A stretch of DNA of 64,000 bases from an uncultured Acidobacteriaceae bacterium (GCA_963793525.1 CAWCAZ010000022.1:65291-129290); one strand, 5' to 3'; counted from the stretch's first letter, positions 9,559 to 18,751 are shown. Program-made: numbers and translations. Notes: generated by a model not told the origin, from the sequence alone.

Positions 9559-10521
9559 TTACATCGCGAGAGCAGCTTGCACCGAATATTGAATGTAGAA
9601 ACGGTAAATCAGGTCGTGCGTCTGCCGGCACTGTTGCAGGATGTTATGCAGGTACGCCCCCGCGTCCTGGGCGAGAATGTCATCCACTTCGACAAAGCTG
9701 AGCGACGCCTGCAGCTTACCGGAAACCCTGGACAAATCATCCACCGGCATCCTTCCGCTCGACGCGCGTACAGCGACCAGCGCCTGGCGCAGGCAATCGA
9801 CGGAATATCGCAGGGAGTGGGGGAATTGCGGGTTCAGCAATAGAAATTCCAGGATCCACTCCGCGGAAAGGTCCGCCGTGTACACCTTGCAGTAGGCTTC
9901 GAACGCCGTGCAACAACGCAGCAACCCAACCCATTCCTGGTACTGACTTCCTTCTGCCGCCGCTTCCGGAGTACTGAGAAGTTCCGGTTGATACAGAGCG
10001 AGCAGATTCGCGATGGACGATGCCCGCTCCAGGTAGCGGCCCAATTGAATAAACTGCCACTCCTCGCCATGGCTCATGGTGGTATCGCTGACGCCCTGGA
10101 ACAGGTGGACTCCGTCGATCACCGCGGGAAGGAAGTCGGCCAGCCGGGTATTCAGTCCATACTCTGATTGTGGCTGGATCACCCAGTGATACATGCGGTT
10201 CAATTGTTGCCACTGCTCGGAGCTGATCTCGTCGCGCACCTGGCGCGCATTCTCTCGCGCTTCGATCAGGCAGGAAGTCACCGATGCAGGAATGTCTGCG
10301 TCGAAGGTCAGCGAGTGGACAAGTTGGTAATAGTCATTGTTCCAGGTAACGCCCTGCGGATTTCCCAGGGCGGCCAGGACTCGCTTCCATCGTCCCTCCG
10401 CGCTGGTGCTGGACTTGTCCAGCATGAGACCCATGTTCACGTCGAGCATGCGCACCGTATGCTCAGCGCGCTCAAGATAGCGGCTCATCCAGTAAAGACT
10501 GTCGGCTACGCGAGAAAGCAT
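9559..10521 (-). CDS. Alpha-E domain protein (DUF403 family)
   Basis: MLSRVADSLYWMSRYLERAEHTVRMLDV.. is the signature alpha-E N-terminus. I prefer the start at 10521 to the ORF-track start at 10617. Confidence 0.9.
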   Translation of the reverse strand: MLSRVADSLYWMSRYLERAEHTVRMLDVNMGLMLDKSSTSAEGRWKRVLAALGNPQGVTWNNDYYQLVHSLTFDADIPASVTSCLIEARENARQVRDEISSEQWQQLNRMYHWVIQPQSEYGLNTRLADFLPAVIDGVHLFQGVSDTTMSHGEEWQFIQLGRYLERASSIANLLALYQPELLSTPEAAAEGSQYQEWVGLLRCCTAFEAYCKVYTADLSAEWILEFLLLNPQFPHSLRYSVDCLRQALVAVRASSGRMPVDDLSRVSGKLQASLSFVEVDDILAQDAGAYLHNILQQCRQTHDLIYRFYIQYSVQAALAM

Positions 10522-10534
10522 TATGTCCCCTAGT

Positions 10535-10642
10535 GCATTTTTGCTAATCGTGTAGACCAGGAAACTGAATCCGACGCGGCCATTTCGCAAAAGAATGGCC
10601 GCACTTAATTGATCCACCGGACAACCGTATTAGCAAAAATGC
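10535..10642 (-). other. Structured intercistronic element: perfect 14-bp inverted repeat enclosing a 9-bp-stem hairpin
   Basis: GCATTTTTGCTAAT (10535-10548) pairs with ATTAGCAAAAATGC (10629-10642). Inside them, GCGGCCATT (10576-10584) pairs with AATGGCCGC (10594-10602). The element fills the 122-nt gap between the ATP-grasp stop and the alpha-E start. Confidence 0.6.
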
Positions 10643-10643
10643 G

Positions 10644-12128
10644 TTAGTCGGTTAAAACCCAGGTATCTTTACTGCCCCCGCCCTGCGAGGAGTTCACCAC
10701 CAGCGAGCCCCTGCGCAGCGCCACGCGCGTGAGTCCTCCCGGAACAATGCGCACCTTGTCGCCATACAAGATATAGGGCCGCAAGTCCACATGCCGGGGT
10801 TCGATGCCGTTCTCCGTCAAACAGCCGGCACGGGAGAAGTCGAGCGTAGGCTGGGCGATGTAATTGCGCGGGTTGGCTTCGATCATGCGCTTGAACTCTT
10901 CCCGTTGTTCGGCCGTGCTGTGGGGTCCGATCAGCATTCCATATCCACCCGACTCCCCCACCGCCTTGACCACCAGCTTGTCGAGGTTCTCGCAACAGTA
11001 CTTGCGCTGTTTGGGATCGGTCATGAGATACGTCTCAACGTTGTTCAGGATCGGTTCTTCGCCCAGGTAGTAGCGGATGATCGCCGGCACGTAAGCATAG
11101 ACCGCCTTATCGTCGGCGATACCGGTGCCGAAGGCATTGGCCAGGGTTACATTGCCGGCGCGGTAGGCATTGAACAGGCCGGCGACGCCCAGGATGGAGT
11201 CGGAGCGAAACGCCAGCGGATCGATGAAGTCATCGTCCACCCTGCGGTAGATCACATCCACGCGCTTCAGGCCGGCGGTGGTGCGCATGTACACCACGTT
11301 GTCGTGGATGACCAGGTCGCGCCCTTCGACCAACTCGATGCCCATCTGCCGGGCCAGGTAGGTGTGCTCGAAATAAGCGGAGTTGTAGACGCCTGGTGTC
11401 AGCAGCACAATCGAGGGATCGTGACGCCCCTCAGGCGCCAGCGATCGCAGCGTGCTCAGCAGCAACTGGGTATAGTGTTCGATGGGCTGCACGCCGTAGT
11501 CGCGAAACAGCTGCGGAAACGTCCGCTTCATGACCCTGCGGCTGGTCAGCATGTAGGAGACGCCGCTGGGCACCCGGAGGTTGTCTTCCAGCACCACAAA
11601 TTCGCCGTTGCTCAGGCGAAGAAGATCTGTACCCGTCACGGTGATATAAACATTCCGCGGAACCTGCAGGCCGCGCATTTCTCGGCGAAACTGGCGGCAG
11701 CTATAGACGATCTCACGCGGCACATGGCCGTCGTTGAGAATCTTGCCTTCGTTATAAACGTCATGCAGAAACAGGTTCAGGGCCGTGATGCGCTGGGTAA
11801 GGCCTTTTTCGATGTGTTGCCATTCCGCGCCGGTAATGATGCGCGGCAGCAAGTCATAAGGGAAAATTCTTTCCGTTCCTTCTCCGTGCCCATACACGTT
11901 GAAGGTGATTCCCTGGGTCAGGAAAGACAGGTCCACCGAGCGCTTGCGGCGCGCAATCTCCTCCGGCGGAAGGTTAAGAAATGTCTCCAGCGCCGCTGCA
12001 TAATGCGGTCTTACCAGACCGTTCTCGGAAAACATCTCGTCGTACGTGTTGTCGAGGACATAGTCCTTCAGCAGCGGATTGGCAAACGTGCTGGGGCGGG
12101 CTAGTTCCATCTGGCCATCCTGGCTCAC
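10644..12128 (-). CDS. Circularly permuted type-2 ATP-grasp amidoligase (DUF404/DUF407 family)
   Basis: 494 aa and intact. Sequence type ..[15 protein letters not shown].., ..[10 protein letters not shown].., ..[17 protein letters not shown].. and the operon context match this family. Its GTG start overlaps the upstream transglutaminase stop (GTGA at 12125-12128). Confidence 0.9.
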   Translation of the reverse strand: MSQDGQMELARPSTFANPLLKDYVLDNTYDEMFSENGLVRPHYAAALETFLNLPPEEIARRKRSVDLSFLTQGITFNVYGHGEGTERIFPYDLLPRIITGAEWQHIEKGLTQRITALNLFLHDVYNEGKILNDGHVPREIVYSCRQFRREMRGLQVPRNVYITVTGTDLLRLSNGEFVVLEDNLRVPSGVSYMLTSRRVMKRTFPQLFRDYGVQPIEHYTQLLLSTLRSLAPEGRHDPSIVLLTPGVYNSAYFEHTYLARQMGIELVEGRDLVIHDNVVYMRTTAGLKRVDVIYRRVDDDFIDPLAFRSDSILGVAGLFNAYRAGNVTLANAFGTGIADDKAVYAYVPAIIRYYLGEEPILNNVETYLMTDPKQRKYCCENLDKLVVKAVGESGGYGMLIGPHSTAEQREEFKRMIEANPRNYIAQPTLDFSRAGCLTENGIEPRHVDLRPYILYGDKVRIVPGGLTRVALRRGSLVVNSSQGGGSKDTWVLTD

Positions 12129-12958
12129 TGCTTGAATCCTGACGTGGCTTCGGTCGAGATCTCGTCGCTGATTACATTGAATTGGGTAAGGTTTGCGATC
12201 CCGAACGACGTAGTGATCGCCACATCGGAGGCATCCCGTCCCACGGCCATCAACACCCGGCCAATGCGCGGGTGATTATGCCGCGCATCCACCGTCCACC
12301 AGCGGTTGTCCAGGTACACCTCGAACCAGGCGCTGAAATCCATGGGCGTAAAGGTAGGCGGTATACCAATATCCCCCAGGTATCCGGTGACATAGCGCGC
12401 CGGTATATTCAGGGCGCGGCAGAAGGTCACCGCCAGGTGCTGAAAGTCGCGGCACACTCCGACCCGCTCGGTAAACACATCCAACGCAGTTTTCGTGGAC
12501 CGGGCATGCTGATAGCCAAATGCAACCTTGGAATATACCCAACTGCAGATGGCGCGGACCCGGTTCCACCCGGGAGCCGCGTCGCCAAACAACTCCACCG
12601 CGATGTTAGAGAGGCGATCGACCTCGCAGTAACGGCTGTTAAGCAGGTAAATCAGGGTTTCGTTGGGAAGGTCCGACACCGGATGCTCGGTTGCATCAAT
12701 CGGGGAAGGGTCTTCCAAGCCGGAGTCTTCAATCAGGGTAGAACCGGTCAGTTGAATATGCCCGGCGGGGGCCACAAACCTCGAGCATCGATTGCCAAAG
12801 GTATCGATATAGCTGGTGATGGGAACCGCAGGTTCCAGCTTCAGCTCGTCGGGTTCGAGCAGGTCGGCCTGCCGCGAAGGATGCACATGGAGCATCGCGA
12901 CGATGGTAACGGGAGCGGGGATGTTGAAACCGATGTCATAACCTAAGCGAATAAGCAT
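12125..12958 (-). CDS. Transglutaminase-family protein (cysteine-protease-like core)
   Basis: 277 aa. The [27 protein letters not shown] motif holds the catalytic Cys. First gene of the operon. Confidence 0.88.
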   Translation of the reverse strand: MLIRLGYDIGFNIPAPVTIVAMLHVHPSRQADLLEPDELKLEPAVPITSYIDTFGNRCSRFVAPAGHIQLTGSTLIEDSGLEDPSPIDATEHPVSDLPNETLIYLLNSRYCEVDRLSNIAVELFGDAAPGWNRVRAICSWVYSKVAFGYQHARSTKTALDVFTERVGVCRDFQHLAVTFCRALNIPARYVTGYLGDIGIPPTFTPMDFSAWFEVYLDNRWWTVDARHNHPRIGRVLMAVGRDASDVAITTSFGIANLTQFNVISDEISTEATSGFKQ

Positions 12959-13026
12959 TGCACTCCCTCGATCGAGCCCTGAAGAGCGAATCGCCCAGGG
13001 TCAACCCCGGGCAAGTTCGACAGGAA

Positions 13027-13043
13027 CGACAAGGTCCTTGTCG
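13027..13043. promoter_or_regulatory. 17-nt palindrome CGACAAGG-T-CCTTGTCG in the divergent control region between the transglutaminase operon and Anbu
   Basis: Perfect 8-bp arms read directly from the sequence. It lies in the 197-nt divergent intergenic region. A regulatory role is inference only. Confidence 0.3.
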
Positions 13044-13155
13044 CAAAAATTATGATGCTGAAAAACTATCAGACAATCAGGATCGGTTCTTACCTGTTTC
13101 TATGGTTATACCGCGTTCCCGGAAAATGCTCTAGCATTCAGGCTGGAGAGCAAGA

Positions 13156-13905
13156 ATGACCTATTGTTTGGGCATCATGACCCGCGAAGGTCTGGTGATG
13201 GCGTCCGATTCCCGGGCCAACGCCGGTTTCGACCAGGTGAACGTCTGCCAAAAGATGCATACGTTTCTCCAACCGGGAGAACGCGCTTTCGTCATCCTGA
13301 CCAGCGGAAACCTGTCCCTGACCCAGTCGGTGATCACCCTTTTGCGCAACGATTTCGAGTCTGGAGAGGGCTTGGGGAAGGCCGAATCCATGTATGCGGC
13401 GGCCCGTATCGTAGGGGATTGCGTTCGCCGGGTCTCGGATATGGATCGCGCCGCGCTGGAGAAGGATGACTTCAAGTTCAACATCCATCTCCTGTTAGGC
13501 GGCCAGGTCAAAGGGGAGAAGCCGAATCTCTTCCTGATATACCCCCAGGGAAACCCCCTGAGCGCGACCGAGGATTCGCCCTATTTGCAGATTGGCGAGG
13601 TTAAATACGGACGGCCGATCCTGGATCGTGGCATCGAGTTCCGTTCCACCAGCCTCGAGGTCGCGGGGACATACGCGTTGTTGTCGCTGGACGCCGCGAT
13701 GCGTTCGAATGTGACCGTGGGGCCGCCTCTGGAAGTCCTGCTATACCAGAACGACAAGCTGGAGTTCGACCGCTACCGGCGCTTCATGGCCGATGACCCT
13801 GAATTGGACCTCATGCACGCCTGCTGGGAGCAAACCTTGCGTCGCGCCGTCGAGGAGCTACCCAGCCTTCATTTCGCCGCCCTGAAGTCCAACGCCTCGG
13901 TTTGA
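13156..13905 (+). CDS. Anbu (ancestral beta-subunit) proteasome-type Ntn peptidase
   Basis: 249 aa. It starts MTYCLGIMTREGLVMASDSRANAG.., placing Thr directly after the initiator Met as in Anbu proteins. Proteasome-beta-like pattern throughout, and the canonical genomic partners (ATP-grasp, alpha-E, transglutaminase) are adjacent. Confidence 0.85.
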   Translation: MTYCLGIMTREGLVMASDSRANAGFDQVNVCQKMHTFLQPGERAFVILTSGNLSLTQSVITLLRNDFESGEGLGKAESMYAAARIVGDCVRRVSDMDRAALEKDDFKFNIHLLLGGQVKGEKPNLFLIYPQGNPLSATEDSPYLQIGEVKYGRPILDRGIEFRSTSLEVAGTYALLSLDAAMRSNVTVGPPLEVLLYQNDKLEFDRYRRFMADDPELDLMHACWEQTLRRAVEELPSLHFAALKSNASV

Positions 13906-13914
13906 AGTAGAGGC

Positions 13915-14147
13915 CCCCGCACGAACCCACAGCGGAAACTCGCCGACGAGGGCACGCCTTCACAGGCTGCGGAAAACTCCGTCGACGAGGGGCACGGGTT
14001 TAGCCGTGCCGTACAAAGCCTCAGCCATGAGGGCTTTAAAGTCTGCGTGAGAGCTCGTATCAGGGCACGTCTTTTAGTCGGGCCGTAAAGGACCAAGAGA
14101 GAATCGGGCTAAAGTGTCTGCGTGAGAACGAAAGACCCGGCAGATCC
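13915..14147. repeat. REP-like module mosaic between convergent Anbu and hslU
   Basis: Contains GGCACGGGTTTAGCCGTGCC, GAGGGCTTTAAAGTCTGCGTGAGA, CAGGGCACGTCTTTTAGTCGGGCCG and CTGCGTGAGAACGAAAGACCCGGCAGATCCCT. All are shared with other intergenic loci in the window. Confidence 0.8.
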
Positions 14148-15695
14148 CTAGAGAATGTAGCGGGATAAATCCTGATCCTTGACGATCGAGGCCACCATGG
14201 CTCGCACGTACTCCGGATCAATCAGCACTACTCGCTCGTGTCCATCTGCCGTCTCCACGTCGCTTACCGGCAGGGGTACGGTGGCGCCGTTTTCCGCCGC
14301 CGAAGCTGCTATTTCGATCAGTGGCCCTTCGGCGGAATGGCCCTTCATGATGTCGGGCGCCATGAAGCTGATCTCATCCAACACTCGCTCCATGATGGTG
14401 TGCAGCCGTCGCGCGCCAATATTCTCCGTGGTCTCATTCACCCGGAAGGCGAACCGCGCCATCTCTTCCAGAGACTCCTTGGTAAACCTGAGCTTCAGGC
14501 CTTCGGTCTCCAGCAGCGCCGTGTACTGCTTGGTAAGCGATGACTTGGGTTCGGTAAGAATGCGGACGAAGTCTTCCACCGTCAGCGACTGCAACTCGAC
14601 GCGGATAGGAAACCGGCCTTGCAGCTCGGGAATCAGGTCGCTCGGCTTGGAAACGTGGAACGCACCCGCCGCGATAAAGAGAATGTGGTCGGTCCGCACC
14701 ATGCCGTACCTGGTATTAACGGTCGTCCCTTCGACGATGGGCAGAATGTCTCTTTGCACGCCCTCCCTCGAAACATCGGGACCGTGACCGCCTTCCCGGC
14801 CGGCGATCTTGTCAATCTCATCCAGGAAGATAATGCCGGAATTCTCCACCCGCTCGACGGCCAACCGCGTCACTTGGTCCATGTCGACCAGCCGCGTCTC
14901 TTCCTCCTGCACCAGGTATTCGAAAGCCTCGCCAACCTTCATCTTGCGCTTCTTGGTGCGCTGGCCGAAGAGGTTCGGCAGCACATCCTTGAGGTTGATA
15001 TCCATCTCCTCAACGCCTTGGTTGGAGATGATCTCAAACGACGGTGTACTGCGTTCGCGCACATCGATTTCTACCGTGCGATCATCCAGCTTGCTTTCGC
15101 GAAACTGTTGCCGTAGCTTCTCCCGCGTGCGGTTGTGGCTTTCCTGGCTTGCCGGGGGAAAGTTGGTGCCATCGATCACTACCGGACCTGGTGCGGAATG
15201 GGTACCACTGCCCGGCGAGCTGGCGGCGGCAGGCGAGGGGGGCAGAAGCAAATCGAGCAAGCGCTCTTCAGCGTTGAGTTCGGCCCGGTCTTCCACCTCT
15301 TCCAGCTTTTCCTCGCGCACCATGTCCACGGCGATCTCGACCAGGTCGCGGATCATCGATTCCACGTCCCGCCCGACATAACCGACCTCAGTGAATTTGG
15401 AGGCTTCTACCTTCATGAAGGGCGAATTGGTGAGCTTTGCCAAGCGTCGTGCAATCTCCGTCTTGCCCACGCCGGTGGGCCCGATCATGATGATGTTCTT
15501 GGGCATGATCTCTTCGGCGATATCGGGCGGCAGCTTCTGCCGGCGCATACGGTTTCTCAGCGCGATAGCTACGGCACGCTTGGCGGCACGTTGGCCCACG
15601 ACATGCTTGTCCAGCTCAGCTACGATCTCCCGCGGGGTGAGGTCTTCGAGCGAGAGTTCCAGCTCTTCTGCGGTTCCTGGTAAGAAAATAGCCAT
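14148..15695 (-). CDS. hslU: ATP-dependent protease HslVU, ATPase subunit
   Basis: 515 aa. [25 protein letters not shown], Walker [26 protein letters not shown] and C-terminal DLSRYIL. It is longer than E. coli HslU, with extra segments in the I-domain and near the C-terminus. Confidence 0.97.
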   Translation of the reverse strand: MAIFLPGTAEELELSLEDLTPREIVAELDKHVVGQRAAKRAVAIALRNRMRRQKLPPDIAEEIMPKNIIMIGPTGVGKTEIARRLAKLTNSPFMKVEASKFTEVGYVGRDVESMIRDLVEIAVDMVREEKLEEVEDRAELNAEERLLDLLLPPSPAAASSPGSGTHSAPGPVVIDGTNFPPASQESHNRTREKLRQQFRESKLDDRTVEIDVRERSTPSFEIISNQGVEEMDINLKDVLPNLFGQRTKKRKMKVGEAFEYLVQEEETRLVDMDQVTRLAVERVENSGIIFLDEIDKIAGREGGHGPDVSREGVQRDILPIVEGTTVNTRYGMVRTDHILFIAAGAFHVSKPSDLIPELQGRFPIRVELQSLTVEDFVRILTEPKSSLTKQYTALLETEGLKLRFTKESLEEMARFAFRVNETTENIGARRLHTIMERVLDEISFMAPDIMKGHSAEGPLIEIAASAAENGATVPLPVSDVETADGHERVVLIDPEYVRAMVASIVKDQDLSRYIL

Positions 15696-15775
15696 TTGCC
15701 TGCTCCTTCTAGTGAAGGGTACGAGCTACGACGTAGCCCGTACCCCTCCGCCAGCGAGTTTTCCTCGAAGCATCG

Positions 15776-16399
15776 CTAGCCGTGCAGTTCTTCAATCGTG
15801 ATTTGATCGTTGGTGTAGATGCAGATCTGGCCCGCGATACGTAAAGACTTCTCCGCGATGGCCCGCGCCGGCAAGTCGGAATTCTCGACCAGGGCCCGGG
15901 CTGCCGCCAGGGCGAAACTGCCCCCGCTGCCGATGGCTGCAATCCCCTCATCGGGCTCGATCACATCGCCCGAACCGCTGATCAGGAAGGTCTGCTTCAG
16001 GTCGGCAACGACCAGCAAGGCCTCCAGGTTACGCAGCATCTTGTCTGTACGCCAATCCTTGGCCAGCTCCACCGCCGACCGCCCCAGGTTGCCGGCATAC
16101 TGCTCCAGTTTGGCCTCGAAACGGCTAAAGAGCGAGAACGCGTCCGCCGTCGAGCCGGCAAACCCAGCCAGGATCTTGTCCTGATAGAGGCGCCGGATCT
16201 TACGCGCGCTATGTTTGATCACACTGTCGCCCAGGGTGACCTGGCCATCGGCCGCCATCACCACGCTCGAGTTTCGCCGGACACACAGAACGGTCGTGGA
16301 GCGAATGCGCCGGGCATCGGAGCGGGAATTTGCGGGAGAGGCGGCTCGCGAAACGGCGATCGCCGTCGAGCTTCGGACAGCAGACGAACGAATGGACAT
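15776..16399 (-). CDS. hslV: ATP-dependent protease HslVU, peptidase subunit, with an unusual N-terminal extension as annotated
   Basis: From [24 protein letters not shown].. to ..[14 protein letters not shown] it is colinear with E. coli HslV. The only in-frame start, at 16399, lies 34 codons upstream of the catalytic Thr. Confidence 0.92.
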   Translation of the reverse strand: MSIRSSAVRSSTAIAVSRAASPANSRSDARRIRSTTVLCVRRNSSVVMAADGQVTLGDSVIKHSARKIRRLYQDKILAGFAGSTADAFSLFSRFEAKLEQYAGNLGRSAVELAKDWRTDKMLRNLEALLVVADLKQTFLISGSGDVIEPDEGIAAIGSGGSFALAAARALVENSDLPARAIAEKSLRIAGQICIYTNDQITIEELHG

Positions 16400-16543
16400 C
16401 TCCTGCCAGTATAGCGCAGCCCTCCTTGCACAATTTGTGCCGGGGTAATGTTGCCGAATGGGGTCCGCCCCTCACCGCATCCCCCCGGAGGCGCTGGCCT
16501 GCGATATCCTGCATCGTGTACCCCTATTTGAGCTGGAGCTTTC

Positions 16544-17017
16544 ATGAATAGCTTCCCGTTGCGCGACTCCCAGCTCTTCGGCACCTTTGCCGCCGTTGGA
16601 GTCTGCTTAGGGGGCATGGCCGCGTACGCGCTTCTCCGCCGCCGCGTCAGCCCCGACGAGGAGGAGCGCAAGCGTAGAGATCTGCTGGTCCAGCAGGGGC
16701 GCATCATCGACGCCACCGTCATCGACATCTCCGACCTCACTGCCGAAGAGAGCGGACGGCCCAACGGGATGCAGCTGATTCTTTACAAATATGAGGCGGC
16801 CGGGGTGGTCTACGAGTGCTCCCAGGACGTCACCATGCTGCGGCACATTGTTAATATCTATGACTGCCGGCTGGGATTTCCCGCCTCCGTGCGCTACGAT
16901 CCGCACAACCCTGGCAACTCACTGATCGTGGCCGAAGGCTGGAGCGGATTGCGCGATACGGCCAATTCCGTGCCCCTTCACGGACGCACTAAGGACGCAG
17001 CTCACTCGTTAAGATAA
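16544..17017 (+). CDS. Membrane-anchored hypothetical protein (DUF3592-like)
   Basis: One N-terminal TM segment, then a beta-rich region (..GRIIDATVIDIS...ILYKYEAAGVVYECSQD...VRYDPHNPGNS) resembling DUF3592. Confidence 0.55.
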   Translation: MNSFPLRDSQLFGTFAAVGVCLGGMAAYALLRRRVSPDEEERKRRDLLVQQGRIIDATVIDISDLTAEESGRPNGMQLILYKYEAAGVVYECSQDVTMLRHIVNIYDCRLGFPASVRYDPHNPGNSLIVAEGWSGLRDTANSVPLHGRTKDAAHSLR

Positions 17018-17060
17018 CCGTTGCTTTCCCCTCTGCACCCGCTCCCGGTACACTAGAGGT

Positions 17061-18012
17061 ATGCACGTTCATGGCGGGGGGTCGGAGAAGACTCAGCGTA
17101 TTTTGCGCATCTCGCTACTGGCCACGCTGGGCTACGTAGCCCTTACCTTCGTGGCCGGAGTGCGTGCCCATTCGCTGGCCTTGATCTCCGAGGCCGGCCA
17201 TAACGTATCCGACTTTCTCGCCCTGTTGCTTTCCTTCGTCGCTGTCTATTTTCAGACTCGGCCGCCTACCGACCAAAAGACCTTCGGCTATCAGCGCGCG
17301 GGTGTCCTGGCAGCCTTTCTCAACGCGCTGACGCTGGTGTTGATCGCCATCTGGATCGCCATTGCGGCTATCCACCGGCTGAGTGAGCCGGTGCAGGTCC
17401 AACCCCGGCTGATGATGATCGTCGCCGCGGCCGGCGTCCTGATGAACGGCGTAATCGCCGCCCTGCTTTGGACCACCTCGCGCGACGTCAATATCCGCAG
17501 CACTTTCATTCACATGCTGGGCGACACGCTCTCGACCGCCGCGGTCATTGTCGGGGGCGCTGCCATCCTGTTCACTGGCCGCAACTGGATCGATCCGGTG
17601 CTCTCCATCCTGATTGCCGCCCTGATTTTGTGGAGTTCGCTCTCCATCGTGCGCGAGACCCTCAACATCCTTTTAGAGGGAACACCGCGCGGTTGCTCGC
17701 TAGCGGAGATTCGGGTTTCGCTTCAGGCCATCGAGGGGGTCGAAGATGTGCACGACCTGCACGTCTGGAGTCTGGGATCGCAGACCCACGCCTGTGCCAC
17801 CCACATCATCATCGCCGACATCCCGCCATCCGAGAGCGCCCACATACTGGAACAGGTGCAAGGGGTCCTGCGGCAAAAATTCCGTATCTACCATTCCACC
17901 GTTCAATTCGAATGTGTCGATTGCGAAGTCGCGCACGGTTGTTCTCCGCCGCCCGAAGTCGACGGTGCACGACCACTCCGGTCACGACCACTCCCACGCT
18001 CACTCCCACTAG
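17061..18012 (+). CDS. Cation diffusion facilitator (CzcD/ZitB-like) metal efflux protein; one frameshift near the 3' end
   Basis: ..SEAGHNVSDFLALLLS.., ..HMLGDTLSTAAVIV.. and the cytoplasmic domain ..VEDVHDLHVWSLGS.. The expected His-rich tail (HDHSGHDHSHAHSH, stop at 18010-18012) is in another frame from about 17945-17970. Confidence 0.88.
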
Positions 18013-18425
18013 AGTTCGGTCGCCCACTTCGCTGTTGCCGTCAAGCCAGATAAGTGGGAGAACGCTCGGTCGTTCGTGACAAGTATTGCCCGGACAGAAA
18101 TTGCGTGAGCGGCAATCAGCATATCGAGATTGCCAAGCGGCTTTCCCGCTTTCTCTTGCTTTGCCCGAAGACCGCCGTACGTCTGGGCCTCCTCTCTCCC
18201 CCAAGGAAGAATTTGGATTTTGGCAAAGAAACCTTCGAGGGCGGAGCGAAGAACCGTTGCACTCGGATTCTTGGCTAGCCCGTATTGAATTTCTGCCTCG
18301 GTAATGACCGAGATACACGCGACCTCTCCAGGCTGGAGATTGATCAGTCTTGCGCGAGAGGCCGGAGACCTGCCATTAATGATGTAGCTGACGGTATTGG
18401 TGTCGATCATGTAGAGCTGGCTCAC
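18009..18425 (-). CDS. vapC: PIN-domain toxin
   Basis: 138 aa. MIDTN...(PIN acidic residues)...LVTND. The GTG start overlaps the vapB stop (GTGA at 18422-18425). Confidence 0.9.
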   Translation of the reverse strand: MSQLYMIDTNTVSYIINGRSPASRARLINLQPGEVACISVITEAEIQYGLAKNPSATVLRSALEGFFAKIQILPWGREEAQTYGGLRAKQEKAGKPLGNLDMLIAAHAISVRAILVTNDRAFSHLSGLTATAKWATEL

Positions 18426-18670
18426 AGCTCGTCCCGCTCCTGCGGGGTGCCTTGACCGCGATCAGCCAGGAAATCATCGGGGAAACCGGCATTGTCGAGA
18501 GCGGCAAAAATCTCATCCCATCCGCCGGGAGCTTCGGAAAGAATGAGATCTCCACTTTGTGGGTCTCGACGGATGTAGACCTCGTCCGTAGCGAAGCGGT
18601 ACTCCGCCGGAATCCTAACGGCTTGACTCCTGCCGCTCATGAAGACCTTAGCCTTTGCGATCTGCGCCAT
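18422..18670 (-). CDS. vapB: AbrB/MazE/SpoVT-type antitoxin
   Basis: 82 aa. KVFMSGRSQAVRIPAEYRF is a swapped-hairpin antitoxin motif. Translationally coupled to vapC. Confidence 0.85.
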   Translation of the reverse strand: MAQIAKAKVFMSGRSQAVRIPAEYRFATDEVYIRRDPQSGDLILSEAPGGWDEIFAALDNAGFPDDFLADRGQGTPQERDEL

Positions 18671-18677
18671 CTTATAT

Positions 18678-18707
18678 CCCTGATATATATCATGCTATAT
18701 ATCAGGG
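18678..18707. promoter_or_regulatory. Candidate vapBC operator: perfect 12-bp inverted repeat CCCTGATATATA-N6-TATATATCAGGG
   Basis: Read directly from the sequence. It begins 8 nt upstream of the vapB ATG and overlaps TATA-like -10 candidates. TA antitoxins commonly autoregulate through such palindromes. Confidence 0.5.
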
Positions 18708-18751
18708 ATGGGTTCAAGAGAGGAGTCAAAGCTCGGCGAGATTCTGGGGCT

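Noticed and set aside
16258-16764. 168-aa ORF on the minus strand spanning the hslV upstream region and overlapping the 16544..17017 gene in antisense.
   Set aside because: Its composition is Arg/Pro/Ser-rich and low in complexity, and it overlaps two better-supported features. Only its C-terminal ATG, at about 16316-16318, is relevant, as a possible hidden hslV start if an indel is present.
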